Counted from the first letter of the whole stretch, positions 1-10,470 are shown. The stretch is DNA of 63,911 bases, filler included, from 4 parts of 4 records of this genome joined end to end with filler, not necessarily neighbours in it, one strand, 5' to 3'. Numbers and translations are program-made. The notes: generated by a model from the sequence alone, not told the origin.

Positions 1-30
1 CCCATCCGCCCCATCCGCCCCATCCGCCCC
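1..30. repeat. CCCATCCGC-type short tandem repeat (about 3 units) at contig edge
   Basis: Directly visible; reads GRM repeats in the DUS3 frame; likely cause of the assembly break. Confidence 0.8.
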
Positions 31-645
31 GTCTGCTCCACCCGCCACGGTCCCGCCGTGTGCACCGTAGAACCGGCAGCCGAGGCCGAACGGACACACC
101 GCCGAATCCACCCCATCCTGCGTCGACCAAGGACACGGACCCACCAGATCCGCCGGCTTATCCCGCAAATACGCATCGACATCGTGCCCAAACTTGCAGG
201 CGTCCCCGAGCTCACAGACCAGACCACGCGCCACCTTGGTGCACAGGCCCCGCCCAGCCTCCCGCAGCATATGCCGCCGGTTCATCTCAATCCGCCCCTT
301 GGAAGATCCAACCACCTTTCCAGCACCGTCCATGCTCTCCGGAGCGGGTTTAGATACGGATACCCCCGCCCCATCCACGGCAGGCGTGCCGCTCCCCACG
401 TGCACGTGATACGGCACCCGCGAGGACACCAACCTGGTGAACTCCCGCTTGATTGGCGCCTCGCCGCTCTGCAGACACGTGGCGACGTACTGATCCACGG
501 ACGCGTCGCAGCGCGGCCTGTCCCCCGTCTGCGACGCCTGTGGGGCACCCACCTTGGCACTGCATGGCTCGGCCTCTGTGCGTATGTCGGCCCCCGTCGT
601 CGGGATTCCGGCCGAATCACCCCGAGCCGTATCCTCGACGTTCAT
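1..645 (-). CDS. DUS3: tRNA-dihydrouridine(47) synthase DUS3, N-terminal part, truncated by contig end
   Basis: Not in the ORF track because it has no stop. Manual translation from ATG 645: MNVEDT...SGEAPIKREF...LCTKVARGLVCELGDACKFGHDVDAYLRDKPADLVGPCPW...CPFGLGCRFYGAH. The two CCCH fingers and the GxAPIK and KPADL motifs are typical of DUS3/DUS3L. Confidence 0.85.
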   Translation of the reverse strand, partial: MNVEDTARGDSAGIPTTGADIRTEAEPCSAKVGAPQASQTGDRPRCDASVDQYVATCLQSGEAPIKREFTRLVSSRVPYHVHVGSGTPAVDGAGVSVSKPAPESMDGAGKVVGSSKGRIEMNRRHMLREAGRGLCTKVARGLVCELGDACKFGHDVDAYLRDKPADLVGPCPWSTQDGVDSAVCPFGLGCRFYGAHGGTVAGGADGADGADGADG

Positions 646-820
646 CACAGTACGAAACGTATTCTACGTATTCTGCGGTACGTATTCTGTTCTACGACGT
701 ATCGTACGATCATTTCTATACCCTACCGATCCCGAATCGTGATGGGGCACGAGGATAAGTCGGATCGCACACCCGGTTCCCCGCAAGGACTATCAAACAA
801 ATACTTCCCCACACGACAAC

Positions 821-1914
821 ATGATGAGGTATGTGCTCGATCCCATAGGCCGATGTGACGGCGGCGGCCGCGGTGCCCGCGGAGCCGGCGAGAACCAAAT
901 TTCCTCCTCGGTTTTTTTCCGCCGAATCTGGGCCGAGCAGCGGGAAATGCGCGTCGCCGGTGCCCTCTTGTTTTGATTTTTGGTATCCGTCTGTTGCTGG
1001 CGAGGTGGTATCGCGATCACGGTCGTCCACGGCGCCCTGCCTCCTCGCGCAACTCGGGCCCCTGATGGAGGGTGCTCCCTCCCTCCTCCTATCACGTCTG
1101 CTCGATTGTTGATTGTTGATTGTCTCTGACGCGCGACCTACTCGCCACCCCACCTCGCAGCACTCGCGCCACCAGGATTCAGACCACGGCCATGGCCAAG
1201 ACCAAGAAGGCCGCCGGAACCACCAAGGTCTCTGTCAAGAAGGCCCGTGGACCGACCGACCCGCTCTGGCTCCCGAACACCGAGAGGCCGGCCTGGCTCG
1301 ACGGGTCTCTCCCGGGAGACAGGGGTTTCGACCCGCTCGGACTGTCCAAGCCGGTCGAGTACCTGCAGGTCGACGTCGACCAGCTCGACCAGAACGCCGC
1401 GGTGAACAAGGCCGGGCGAATCCTGGGAACCTTCACCCCGAACGTCGATGAGGTCTCCACCGACTCCCTCCAGCCGTACAGCGAGGTGTTCGGCCTGCAG
1501 CGCTTCAGGGAGTGCGAGCTCATGCACGGAAGGTGGGCCATGCTGGGAGCCCTGGGAGTCCTCGCCTGCGAGTTCTCCACGGGAACGTCCTGGGCTGATG
1601 CCATCGGTCTGGAGTACGGACAGCCGCAGTACGCCAACTTCGACCTGCCGTTTGACATCAACAACCTGGCCGTCGCCAACTCCGTGCTGATGCTCGGAAT
1701 TGAGCTGCTCAGGAACAGCGAGACCGACCTGGAGAAGAGGCTCTACCCGGGAGGCGCCTTCGACCCCTTGAATCTTGCCGCTGACGGCCTCAAGGAGGCC
1801 GAGATCAAGCACGGAAGGTTGGCGATGGTTGCCTGCCTCGGATTCGCCACCCAGTACCTGGCCTTTGGCACCGGTGCGCTGACCAGCATCTCTTCCTTTG
1901 CCAAGTCCTTCTAA
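821..1914 (+). CDS. LHCB4: Photosystem II minor antenna CP29 (Lhcb4); exon1 821-828, intron 829-1160, exon2 1161-1914
   Basis: CP29 signature FDPLGLSKPVEYLQVDVDQLDQN...LQPYSEVFGLQRFRECELMHGRWAM and AEIKHGRLAM. ATGATGAG|GTATGT donor, CTGAC branch and CTCGCAG acceptor join in frame to give the transit peptide MMSTRATRIQTTA. TGTAA poly(A) signals follow the stop. Confidence 0.92.
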
Positions 1915-2050
1915 GCAGAGTATTGTAAGCGTGTAAGCATAGCTAGCTGTTTTGGGTGATTGCATGTATATCGCCACACTATAAAAACTGGTTTTTGAAG
2001 AAAAGAAGAGAGGAATCCATGACGCTCGTGATGCTCGTGACTGGCACCAA

Positions 2051-2317
2051 TCACCTGCTCAGCCGCATCTGATACCGGCGGTCGCTCTCAGCCAGCACGG
2101 CCTCGTCCGTCATCGTCGTTGCCCCCAACCAAGCCTTGGCATCCGTCAGGGCGGACCTTCCCGTCGTCAGCGTGTACCTATGTCGGGGAAACGCGCCGTG
2201 TGAGTATGGTCCAATCCCAACCCCTCCCAGGCGTGTGACGTACCCTAAACTGGCCGTAAATGAGCCAAAAAAGACAACTGTGGCCCATTGAGCGTGCCGC
2301 GTGATCAACTGCTTCAT
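2051..2317 (-). CDS. Small single-pass membrane protein (66 aa after removing intron 2178-2243), unknown function
   Basis: In-frame 66-nt intron GTACGT...ACTCAC...CATAG matches the other introns in this alga; one hydrophobic segment WATVVFFGSFTASLGYTLT. Confidence 0.55.
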   Translation of the reverse strand: MKQLITRHAQWATVVFFGSFTASLGYVTRLGGVGIGPYSHGAFPRHRYTLTTGRSALTDAKAWLGATTMTDEAVLAESDRRYQMRLSR

Positions 2318-2633
2318 GGTTTGGTGGCCGTCGGTCTCGGAGAAAATCGTTCGTCGCGTTGTCGACGATTCTGAGAAAACCCGCGTCGCCGGTGCGGTCG
2401 TGTGCGTTTCTATGCCGTGATAGAGCTCGACAAGCGATTTTGTTGTGGCGAATCGTGCGCGTATCGGCAGACCTCACCAGTATGGTCCCGGGGAATCTGG
2501 AGAGGCCCCCCATGGTGGTGGTGGTGGTCCCCAGACAGCTGTCTGCAGACTGAGACGGCGGTTGTCCAACCTCTGGGGCCGGTTTAGATGGCCGTTCCCC
2601 GGTGGTTTATGTTGGCTCGGTCCACCATATGCG

Positions 2634-2695
2634 GAGAGAGAGAGAGAGGGGGGGGGGGAGGGAGAGGGAGAGAGAGGGAGGGAGAGGGAGAGAGC
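2634..2695. repeat. GA/G-rich microsatellite
   Basis: (GA)n, a poly-G run and GAGG units upstream of the Sec7 gene. Confidence 0.85.
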
Positions 2696-2909
2696 AGACT
2701 AGCAACATTCCACCTTCGCAACGGCTCCACCACTTAGTTCAGTTCTCTCTCTCTTGGCTTGTTGCGCCCTTGTCCTCGCGTATCGCGCTGCGTGTTGCGT
2801 CGCAAATGAACGTGGTGGAAAGAAGCGGCTGAGGCGAGCGAGGACGTCAGTGGAGGCCGAGTTCAAACACGCAGGGCGGATTCTTTTGCCAGTCTGGAGC
2901 ATCGAGGGG

Positions 2910-5900
2910 ATGTCGTCGCGGAAGAACGTCAACCTGCAGGTCTTCGTGGCCAACGAGCTGGATGTGATTGCGTCCCAGGCAGCGCTGTCGAACTATGCGG
3001 ACGAGAAGATCATCCTCCAGACCTGCGGGATGGTGCAATCGATTCTCAAGGCGTACAGCGACGGGACGCTCGGCCAGCAGTCGGGAAACAGGGTCGAAAA
3101 ACACGCGGGGGGAGATGGTCCTCAGACGGGTCTGGTGGGGCAGGGGGGTCAGGATGGGCACGCGGAGGAGCCTGGCGTCTCGGAGCGGTGGGAGCCGCGG
3201 ACCGGGTCGCTGCCGGAAATCGTCACGGTGCCGCTGCTGTCGTTGCTGCGGTCGTGTATCGAGTGTCCGTCGAAGAATGAGAAGATTATCGACCCGGCCC
3301 TGTCGACGTTGCACAAGCTGATTGCGTACGCGTATCTGCAAGGGGAGACGAGGCCGAGTGGGCGACTGGATGACACGAATAATCTGGTGAACATGGTGGT
3401 TTTGATGGCGGCGAAGGCCGCGGCGACGCCGTACACGAATTCAAAGGTGCAGCTGACGGCTGTGAAGGTGCTTCTGACGGCGTCGACGGCGGAGCATTTC
3501 GTATGTCACGGCGACTGTTTGATGTTGGCGGTTAGGACAGCGTTCAACATCGCGATCAATGGGAAGGATAAGGATGTGCGGAACGCGGGGGCGGGGGCGT
3601 TGTTGCAGATGCTGAATAGTATATTGAAGCGGATATGTTTTGTGGGGTACGAGGGGAGCAGCAGTCCTGCGCCCCGTGGGGGGTACGGCTCGGGGGTGGC
3701 GCAGGCGGGTGAGGGGGGTGAGGGGGTTGAGGGGGGCGATCGGCCACCCGTCGCCGCGGTGCGTTCAAGTTTGTCGAACGGAAGTTCGGGTGCCAGAAAC
3801 GGGTACCACGAGGAAGGTTGTGAGGAGGTCGACGAGGCCAAGATGAGCAGCCTTCGGAAGACCATGGATTCCATCGCGGCAGATACGTCCCATCTGAATC
3901 TTCCGCTGCTTAAATTGGCCACCCAACGCAGTATGGACCTACCGGAGCAAGCGAATGCGCAGACGATGGCGGAGCAAAGGGCGGCGCAGCTGTCGCAGCT
4001 GGCCGAGCGTTCGGATCTCCGCGGGCTGGAGAGGGCGCTCGCGATGAGCGACGGGGCAAGTGCTGCCGCAGGAAGCAGTCTGAAAGCGTTGAATGAGGAC
4101 AGGGTGGAGGAAGGCGGGGAGCGGATGTTGGTGGAGGAGGGCAGGTTGTTGGATGGTGGTCCGGCTGCCGGGCCCCCATCACGCGAGGGGACCAGGAATG
4201 GCGGCGATGCGATGGAGGGTGCCGATATTCGGCATGCGGCGGGTGAATCAGACGTGGTGTCGGGCTCTACAATGGATGCAATGGCTGCAATGGCTGCGAT
4301 GGCTGCAATGGCTGCAGCGGCCGCGCCAGATCAGGGTCAAGCCGGAACCCGCGTCCTGCGCGTCGACACGCCCCCAGATCCCCGGCGGGCTCTCATGAAA
4401 GACTCCCTGCGATTACCGGAGCTCTGGAAAGCGCTTTCCGTGGTTGAGAAGGACGTTGTGATTGTCTTCAGCGCCATGTGCAAGATGGCCTCGCGCGAGA
4501 CCGGCGTTGGTGCGGCGGGAACATACTTTCACACAGGCAAGCTGCTGGCACTGGACACCATCGCCAAGGTCCTGACCAACCCGATGCACGACTGGGATAA
4601 CATGCGTTCAGAGCTTGCGGTACAATTACGGCAGCCATTATGTCTGACGATCCTGAGGAATTGCAAGTCGCCATATCCAGAGGCCGTCGCCGCGAGCGTC
4701 AAGGTGCTCTGTTGCGTCATGAGCGCGTCCTCGTTGCGGATGAATTTGCAGGCCGAGCTTGGGGCATTGTACCCGTTGGTATTGCTAAGACCGCTCGAAC
4801 ACGGCGAGGAAAAGCTATCCTTGCAGGGATCCATGCAGGCCGTGGCGGCTCTGCGCGGGCTCGAGCATGTGTGTGAGCATCCGCAGGTTTTAGTCGACGT
4901 GTTCGTCAACTTCGACTGCTCGCTGCAGGCTTCGAATCTCTTTGAACGCTCAGTGAAGATATTGAGCAAGGAGGCTCGGCTGCACCGCCCGGAGAGGGGG
5001 GATATTGCACTGCGCGCGCTGCTCAAGTGTGTCGACTCAATGGACACGTGGACGGGCCCGCTGAAGCCTCTACTCGAGGGAGATGGAAGTGCCTCTGTCG
5101 TGGATAAGGGAGATTTTGAGTCGTCGGAGAAGCAATCAGCGCTCTCGCCGGCCCACAAAACGTCGTCAAGCGATGAGATGCTCCGGCAGCTCCACAGCGA
5201 CAAGGCGAAGAAGAGCTCCCTCCGAGAGGGCGTGGCCGTATTCAACGAGGACGCGGTGAAGGGGTTGCGAGTAATGATCGAGGCCGGGGTCGTCAAGGAC
5301 GATCCCGAGGCGATCGCGGCGTTCCTGATCGGCTCGAAGGACGTCCTCGACACCGAGGCTGTGGGCGAGCTCCTGGGCCACCACGCAGACCGGAGCATTA
5401 GCACCATGCACGCGTACGTCCGATCTTTCGATTTTGGAGGCATGACGGTTGACCAGGCTCTGAGGATGCTGCTCAGGGGCTTCAGACTGCCGGGGGAGGC
5501 CCAGAAGATTGACAGGATCATGGAGCGGTTCGCCGAGAAGTTCTGCGAGGACAACCCGGGGACGTTTCCGGTCGCAGATGCGGCCTACCTGTTGGCGTTT
5601 GCCATTATCATGCTCAACACGGACGCCCATAACCCCATGGCAGAGGGCCGCATCCAGGTCGACGACTTTGTGACCATGTGCATGTACCAGACGGAGGCCG
5701 GCGACTACGACCAGATCTTGCCGACCAACGAGCTCGTCGAGCTCCATGGTCGCATCGTGTCTGAAGAAATCGCGATTCCAGATTCAATCAGAACGGGGAA
5801 GGGCAACGCGCTGAACGGGAGCAAGGCCAAGAACAAGACCCTTCGGACCCTAGCTGCAGCAACGGGGCTGTCGCGCCTCTTCTTCGAGGGCAAGTCGTGG

Positions 5901-8705
5901 GACAAGCAGCGGATGGCCGAACAGGAGCGCCTCGACATGCAGCGCCTATCTGTTGTCCTGGATAGGTCTCGTACATCTTCGACCCATGAATGGCAGACTG
6001 CCACGCATGCCGAGCACGTTCGGCCCATGCTGCAAGTGTCGGGCGAGTCCATTGCCAGCGCGTTGGACGCGTGTCTGAAGACTGCATCGTCGATCGCCGA
6101 GTCCATGCCGATCCTCAAGGGATATGAGCGGATAATCAAGCTCAGTGCGCTGTTGTGGCTGGAAAATCTGACTTTGAACCTCGTCGAAGGTCTGGCCAAC
6201 GCCTCTGGCTTTGGGCTCGGCGGCCGGGACTTTCACGAGCCAGCTTGTGCCCCGCCGGGATCCGCGCAGGAGGCAAAACACGTCGCCGCGCTGAGTAGAT
6301 TGCTGAGTCTGGGTGGGTCCAAGGATTCGGGGCTCCTCGGAAGTGCCTGGGTGATAATCTTCAGGATCCTGAGCGGTCTGGAGCGCCTGAAGAAGGAGCT
6401 GTCGCCGGACACAGAGGAGGCCCGGTCCCCGTCGGCGTTCTCGATGAAATGGATCCCCACACGGCGTAACTCCTCTTCGGAAAGCGTGTCAGGAGCCAAG
6501 GCATCGAAGCAAGTCGCCAAGAAGCAGTCTTCGACCAAGACGATCGTGCGGCAGTCGCAGGGTCCGCTCAGGATCCGGGAGGAGCCCGGCATGGGGCTCG
6601 TCGTGTGGGCCGAAACATCTGGCGCCAACGTGATTGAAAAGATATTTACGAACAGTGTCGAGTTGGATGGCGAGTCCATCCTCACGTTCCTGAGGGCGCT
6701 GTGTGCCATAAGTCAGGAGGAGCTCGAGCCCAGTGATGGGTCGCCCGCCAAGCTCTACCTGCTCCAGCGCCTGGTAGAGTGCGCCTACTTCAACTCGGGA
6801 AGGATTCGGCTGGTATGGCAGCGTTTATGGACGGTGGTATCGCAGCATCTGGTGTCCGCTGCATGCTGCTCCGACACCTACGTGGCAATGTTTGCCGTGG
6901 ACGCCCTGCGTCAGCTTGCAGACAAGCTGCTGTGCCGGGTGGAGCTCGCCGGGTTCGCCAGCCAAGGGGAGGCCATAAGACCATTAGGATCCGTTCTTAG
7001 ATGCAGCGACGCGGTCGCCGTGCGCGAGCTTGCCATCGCATGCGTGGCGCACGTTGTCGATTCTCACGCAGATCGGATTGTCGGCGGCTGGTGGGCTGTC
7101 ATCGATGCCCTGGGCGTCGCGGCCTCCGATTCTTCCCCCGAAGTCTTAGCTCACGCCATTGATGTCATGAATCCGGTGTTCAAGGCCCTATACTCCGATG
7201 TGGAAGGGAAGGCCCGCCACGAGTGCCTGGAGCAGTGCACGCTTGCGGCCATCGCGGCCGTGGTCAACCGGTCCTCGGGGGACGACACGGCCCCCGCCAC
7301 CGCTGCTTTAGAGCTGTTTCAAACCCTGTTCCTGAACTTGCACGGCGCCAAGGGCGACATCAAGTCGGACTCGCGTAGGTGGATCAGCCTGCTCTCCCCC
7401 GTCGCTGCCATCGCCACGTCTGACCCCCGGCCAGACGTCTCCGATACCGCTGCAAACGTGCTGTTCTACGCTTTGACAACGTATGGCGATCATTTCGATG
7501 AGGCGATGTGGAGGGAGGTACACGCGCGGCTCCTTGTTCCCACCATGAGCCCAGATCAGGCGGACATTGAAGTGCTGTTGGACCCGGCCGTGGCCAAGAT
7601 CATCAAGTCCGGCGCCACCTCGAGTTGTTCCGATATCACGTTGCTCCCGTCGGAACTCCCAATGGAAGGACAGCAAACCCAGGCCAAGCAGGAGCCGATC
7701 TCGAATCTCAGGGTCATTCGGCAGGCCAGCACCTACCTCCCGGGCATGTGGGAGTACATGGCCTCCATTCCAGCGGCCCGCCCCCTGCTGACCGCCTCCC
7801 TCGACATTCTGCACGCATATTCCCTGATGGAAAGCGACTCGATCGCCGAGTCCTCCGAGATCCTGTCCCGCAAGCTGCTCGCAGTCACCCCTGCGGAGGA
7901 TATGCCCGTCGACGTATTCAGGACCTGGCTGACGCTCGGCCCCGTCATTGACAACGCTTTGGGATCTAATCCACCCGCGCAGACCGAGAGCCGCTCAACT
8001 TCGACCCTGGAAGAGTTGCGCCGACGCTGCAACAGCATCATGATAGGATTCCGCGTCGTGACTTGGACATTGGAGCACTGCCGGGTCACGGACGCCTTTG
8101 CGAAAGCCATGGTGGAAATCATGAAGGAGAGCGTGGACGAGATTCGCAAGGCAAATGATGATCCAGCCGTCAAGGACTACCTCAACGCCCTCATCTTTGG
8201 CGGAGCGGCGCGCGGCGCAGATTCGCTGATGTCCGAGCACGCCGACGGCAAGCTGCCTTTCGCCGAGGCCGTCATCGAAATGGTCCAATGCACGGACGAC
8301 GGACAACGCCCGGCGTTTGGTCGCCTCGAGATCGCCGGAGAGACGGCGTTCCTCGACGCGCTGGTCTCTGGCGCCGCCAACCCCAACGTCTCTGACAGCC
8401 TACGTGACCGCCTGTACTCAGCGGCCACGGATGCCATCATCTCGATGGTCAGAGACGCGGCATCAAGCTTGAAAGATATCAAGTCTTCGAAGAGCACCGA
8501 TGCGTTGTGGCTGGAGAAGTCGAGGGTATCGATGAGCGCCGAGTCGCTGGTGATTTTGAACAGGGTCCCCGCGACCTATTGGAGCCGTCAACGGAGCGAC
8601 GTCCTGTCGTACGCGAGCGCACTCGTCAAGAGCCCAGACGCCAGCGTCAGAAAATCCGTGAGCCTATTCTTTCAGGGTTCCATGCAGCACTCGTATCACA
8701 TGTGA
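2910..8705 (+). CDS. Large ARF guanine-nucleotide exchange factor (BIG/Sec7 family)
   Basis: Sec7 catalytic motif FRLPGEAQKIDRIMERFA, IIMLNTDAHN, HUS box NFDCSLQASNLFER, DCB and HDS-like regions. ATG 2910 preferred over the TTG ORF start at 2754. Confidence 0.93.
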   Translation: MSSRKNVNLQVFVANELDVIASQAALSNYADEKIILQTCGMVQSILKAYSDGTLGQQSGNRVEKHAGGDGPQTGLVGQGGQDGHAEEPGVSERWEPRTGSLPEIVTVPLLSLLRSCIECPSKNEKIIDPALSTLHKLIAYAYLQGETRPSGRLDDTNNLVNMVVLMAAKAAATPYTNSKVQLTAVKVLLTASTAEHFVCHGDCLMLAVRTAFNIAINGKDKDVRNAGAGALLQMLNSILKRICFVGYEGSSSPAPRGGYGSGVAQAGEGGEGVEGGDRPPVAAVRSSLSNGSSGARNGYHEEGCEEVDEAKMSSLRKTMDSIAADTSHLNLPLLKLATQRSMDLPEQANAQTMAEQRAAQLSQLAERSDLRGLERALAMSDGASAAAGSSLKALNEDRVEEGGERMLVEEGRLLDGGPAAGPPSREGTRNGGDAMEGADIRHAAGESDVVSGSTMDAMAAMAAMAAMAAAAAPDQGQAGTRVLRVDTPPDPRRALMKDSLRLPELWKALSVVEKDVVIVFSAMCKMASRETGVGAAGTYFHTGKLLALDTIAKVLTNPMHDWDNMRSELAVQLRQPLCLTILRNCKSPYPEAVAASVKVLCCVMSASSLRMNLQAELGALYPLVLLRPLEHGEEKLSLQGSMQAVAALRGLEHVCEHPQVLVDVFVNFDCSLQASNLFERSVKILSKEARLHRPERGDIALRALLKCVDSMDTWTGPLKPLLEGDGSASVVDKGDFESSEKQSALSPAHKTSSSDEMLRQLHSDKAKKSSLREGVAVFNEDAVKGLRVMIEAGVVKDDPEAIAAFLIGSKDVLDTEAVGELLGHHADRSISTMHAYVRSFDFGGMTVDQALRMLLRGFRLPGEAQKIDRIMERFAEKFCEDNPGTFPVADAAYLLAFAIIMLNTDAHNPMAEGRIQVDDFVTMCMYQTEAGDYDQILPTNELVELHGRIVSEEIAIPDSIRTGKGNALNGSKAKNKTLRTLAAATGLSRLFFEGKSWDKQRMAEQERLDMQRLSVVLDRSRTSSTHEWQTATHAEHVRPMLQVSGESIASALDACLKTASSIAESMPILKGYERIIKLSALLWLENLTLNLVEGLANASGFGLGGRDFHEPACAPPGSAQEAKHVAALSRLLSLGGSKDSGLLGSAWVIIFRILSGLERLKKELSPDTEEARSPSAFSMKWIPTRRNSSSESVSGAKASKQVAKKQSSTKTIVRQSQGPLRIREEPGMGLVVWAETSGANVIEKIFTNSVELDGESILTFLRALCAISQEELEPSDGSPAKLYLLQRLVECAYFNSGRIRLVWQRLWTVVSQHLVSAACCSDTYVAMFAVDALRQLADKLLCRVELAGFASQGEAIRPLGSVLRCSDAVAVRELAIACVAHVVDSHADRIVGGWWAVIDALGVAASDSSPEVLAHAIDVMNPVFKALYSDVEGKARHECLEQCTLAAIAAVVNRSSGDDTAPATAALELFQTLFLNLHGAKGDIKSDSRRWISLLSPVAAIATSDPRPDVSDTAANVLFYALTTYGDHFDEAMWREVHARLLVPTMSPDQADIEVLLDPAVAKIIKSGATSSCSDITLLPSELPMEGQQTQAKQEPISNLRVIRQASTYLPGMWEYMASIPAARPLLTASLDILHAYSLMESDSIAESSEILSRKLLAVTPAEDMPVDVFRTWLTLGPVIDNALGSNPPAQTESRSTSTLEELRRRCNSIMIGFRVVTWTLEHCRVTDAFAKAMVEIMKESVDEIRKANDDPAVKDYLNALIFGGAARGADSLMSEHADGKLPFAEAVIEMVQCTDDGQRPAFGRLEIAGETAFLDALVSGAANPNVSDSLRDRLYSAATDAIISMVRDAASSLKDIKSSKSTDALWLEKSRVSMSAESLVILNRVPATYWSRQRSDVLSYASALVKSPDASVRKSVSLFFQGSMQHSYHM
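4272..4320 (+). repeat. Coding 9-bp tandem repeat (ATGGCTGCA) giving MAAMAAMAA in the Sec7 linker
   Basis: Directly visible. Confidence 0.8.
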
Positions 8706-9473
8706 TTATAGCAGAAATCCGCTTCGCAAGCCCTTTGGCGCCCTCCCCCGCGGTCCACCCACCCCCGCTGCCGAAAAGCGCACCGTCTTGGTCGCAACCA
8801 TGAGCGGCTCGACCCCATCGCCCCCTTGGTCCTCACCGCCCCCAAATCCCACCTTGATCTCTCCCCTCTTGATCCCCCCAGCCGTCCCCCCACCCGTGTC
8901 CACAACCTCCCTGACCGAAAAGCCCCACCCAATCACCTCTGGAATATCACCCTTGCGGTTCCCTTTCACTTTTAGCCGCACCACCGAACCCAAATCCGGC
9001 GCCAGCCTCCAGCCCCGCCCCTCCAGGGCCTCGGCCAACCGCACAACCAGCGCCTGCAGCCGCCCCCCACGCCCCACGTCGCCATCCCGCTCGATCCCGT
9101 CGATCACGGCCCCATCACATCCGCACTGGAATACGATACATGGCTGATTCCGCTTGTCCGTGGACGCCGCGGTCGTCTTGGACAAGAGCAAAGAGATCCC
9201 CGGCGCCGGCACCGACGCATACCGAGCGTCTTCCGGCTCCAACTCCAGGGCGGCGACCACCCCTTCGTACGCATCCAACCGGCAGACGTTCACGAACAGT
9301 TTCCTATACGACATGTCCCTAAACTTTAGGACGAAACCGGCGTGGGGCTGCTGACGGAGGCAGCGGGGTGCTTCGCTGTCCGCCTGCCGCAACGACCGGA
9401 GCAGGTCGCAGGATAGCCCGCGCGAGGAGGGGCCGGGCGTCATCACCTTCCTTTGCTCCTTCCCTATTTCCAT
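8706..9473 (-). CDS. PIH1 N-terminal-domain protein (R2TP / dynein-assembly co-chaperone family)
   Basis: QPHAGFVLKF...KLFVNVC and DKRNQPCIVF motifs resemble PIH1_N. Confidence 0.6.
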   Translation of the reverse strand: MEIGKEQRKVMTPGPSSRGLSCDLLRSLRQADSEAPRCLRQQPHAGFVLKFRDMSYRKLFVNVCRLDAYEGVVAALELEPEDARYASVPAPGISLLLSKTTAASTDKRNQPCIVFQCGCDGAVIDGIERDGDVGRGGRLQALVVRLAEALEGRGWRLAPDLGSVVRLKVKGNRKGDIPEVIGWGFSVREVVDTGGGTAGGIKRGEIKVGFGGGEDQGGDGVEPLMVATKTVRFSAAGVGGPRGRAPKGLRSGFLL

Positions 9474-9607
9474 TCATTCATTCATTCATTCATTTAGCTA
9501 CCGCTGTGTCTATCAGAGCTGCTGCCGGGTTTGGATATCGTTCGAAACTGCAACTTCAAATATGCAACGCCTTGCCGCGTTGTTTTTTTGGACGTGCCTA
9601 GCGCGCC

Positions 9608-9637
9608 TGGGCGAGTCTGTGGGCGAGTCTGTGGGCG
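9608..9637. repeat. GGGCGAGTCTGT tandem repeat at contig end
   Basis: About 2.5 units directly before the N run. Confidence 0.75.
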
Positions 9638-9737
9638 NNNNNNNNNNNNNNNNNNNNNNNNNNNNNNNNNNNNNNNNNNNNTTAATTAATTAANNNNNNN
9701 NNNNNNNNNNNNNNNNNNNNNNNNNNNNNNNNNNNNN
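9638..9737. other. Artificial contig linker
   Basis: N run with central TTAATTAATTAA (stops in all six frames); composition switches from GC-rich eukaryote to AT-rich bacterium. Confidence 0.98.
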
Positions 9738-10460
9738 TATTGCAGCAATTGTTGGATCAAGCTGATCTCGAAGTGAGTTGAACATACGCCGTGTAATAGT
9801 AGCGTTGTCACCACCAGAGACCATCATCGAAATTACAACCTCATCGAGCGAAGTGATGAATGCAAGAAAGGCCCCTGTCTGGATAGAGAATTTGACTTGT
9901 GGTACAGTTATTGTCCACATTGCGACCGTTCTAGACGCACCAAGGCTCCTTGCCGCTAATTCCTGATCGAAATCATAGTTCTGTAAACCTGACATCACAG
10001 TCACTATAACAAATGGAAGTGCAAGTGCCGTATGGGCGATGACAATTCCTGTAAGTGTATAATTCAATCCCAGCTTTGCATAAAGGCTAAACACTCCTAC
10101 AGCCATTAATATTACTGGGACTACAATAGGCATAATCACAAGGATCTGTGCACTACTCCTAATACGTGGAGTAGAACAATGCAAGCCATAGGCACAAATT
10201 GAACCCAAAGGTGTAGCAATCACTGTGGTCATTATTGCGGCAATTAGTGAAGTTTTTGTAGCACTCATCCATTGTGGAGAACTAAAATAGGCTTCATACC
10301 AACGAAGCGAAAATGATTTAGGTGGAAATTCTAGAAAAGAAGCTCCCGAAAACGACATTGGAATCACAATAAGCGTAGGTAGAATTAGAAAGAAAAGTAC
10401 TGCGATGCCTACAATCATAAGCCACATACCATCAATTTTGCGTTGTCCAACTTGTTCCAT
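9738..10460 (-). CDS. ABC permease, PotC-like (3' truncated)
   Basis: Multi-TM, ELAARSLGAS EAA loop, FITSLDEVVIS; ATG 10460 has a GAGGA RBS. Confidence 0.9.
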
Positions 10461-10470
10461 TTTCAGATCC

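Noticed and set aside
1-30. Contig-end repeats as telomeres or CRISPR (also 9608-9637 and 34161-34190)
   Set aside because: Only 2-3 units, different at each end, with no spacers and no telomeric motif; ordinary assembly-break repeats.
58-858. 266-aa plus-strand ORF
   Set aside because: Antisense shadow of the DUS3 frame; Arg/His/Pro-rich with no motif.
820-860. ATGATGA as a C/D snoRNA C box
   Set aside because: Better explained as the LHCB4 start codon plus splice donor; no convincing D box or terminal stem.
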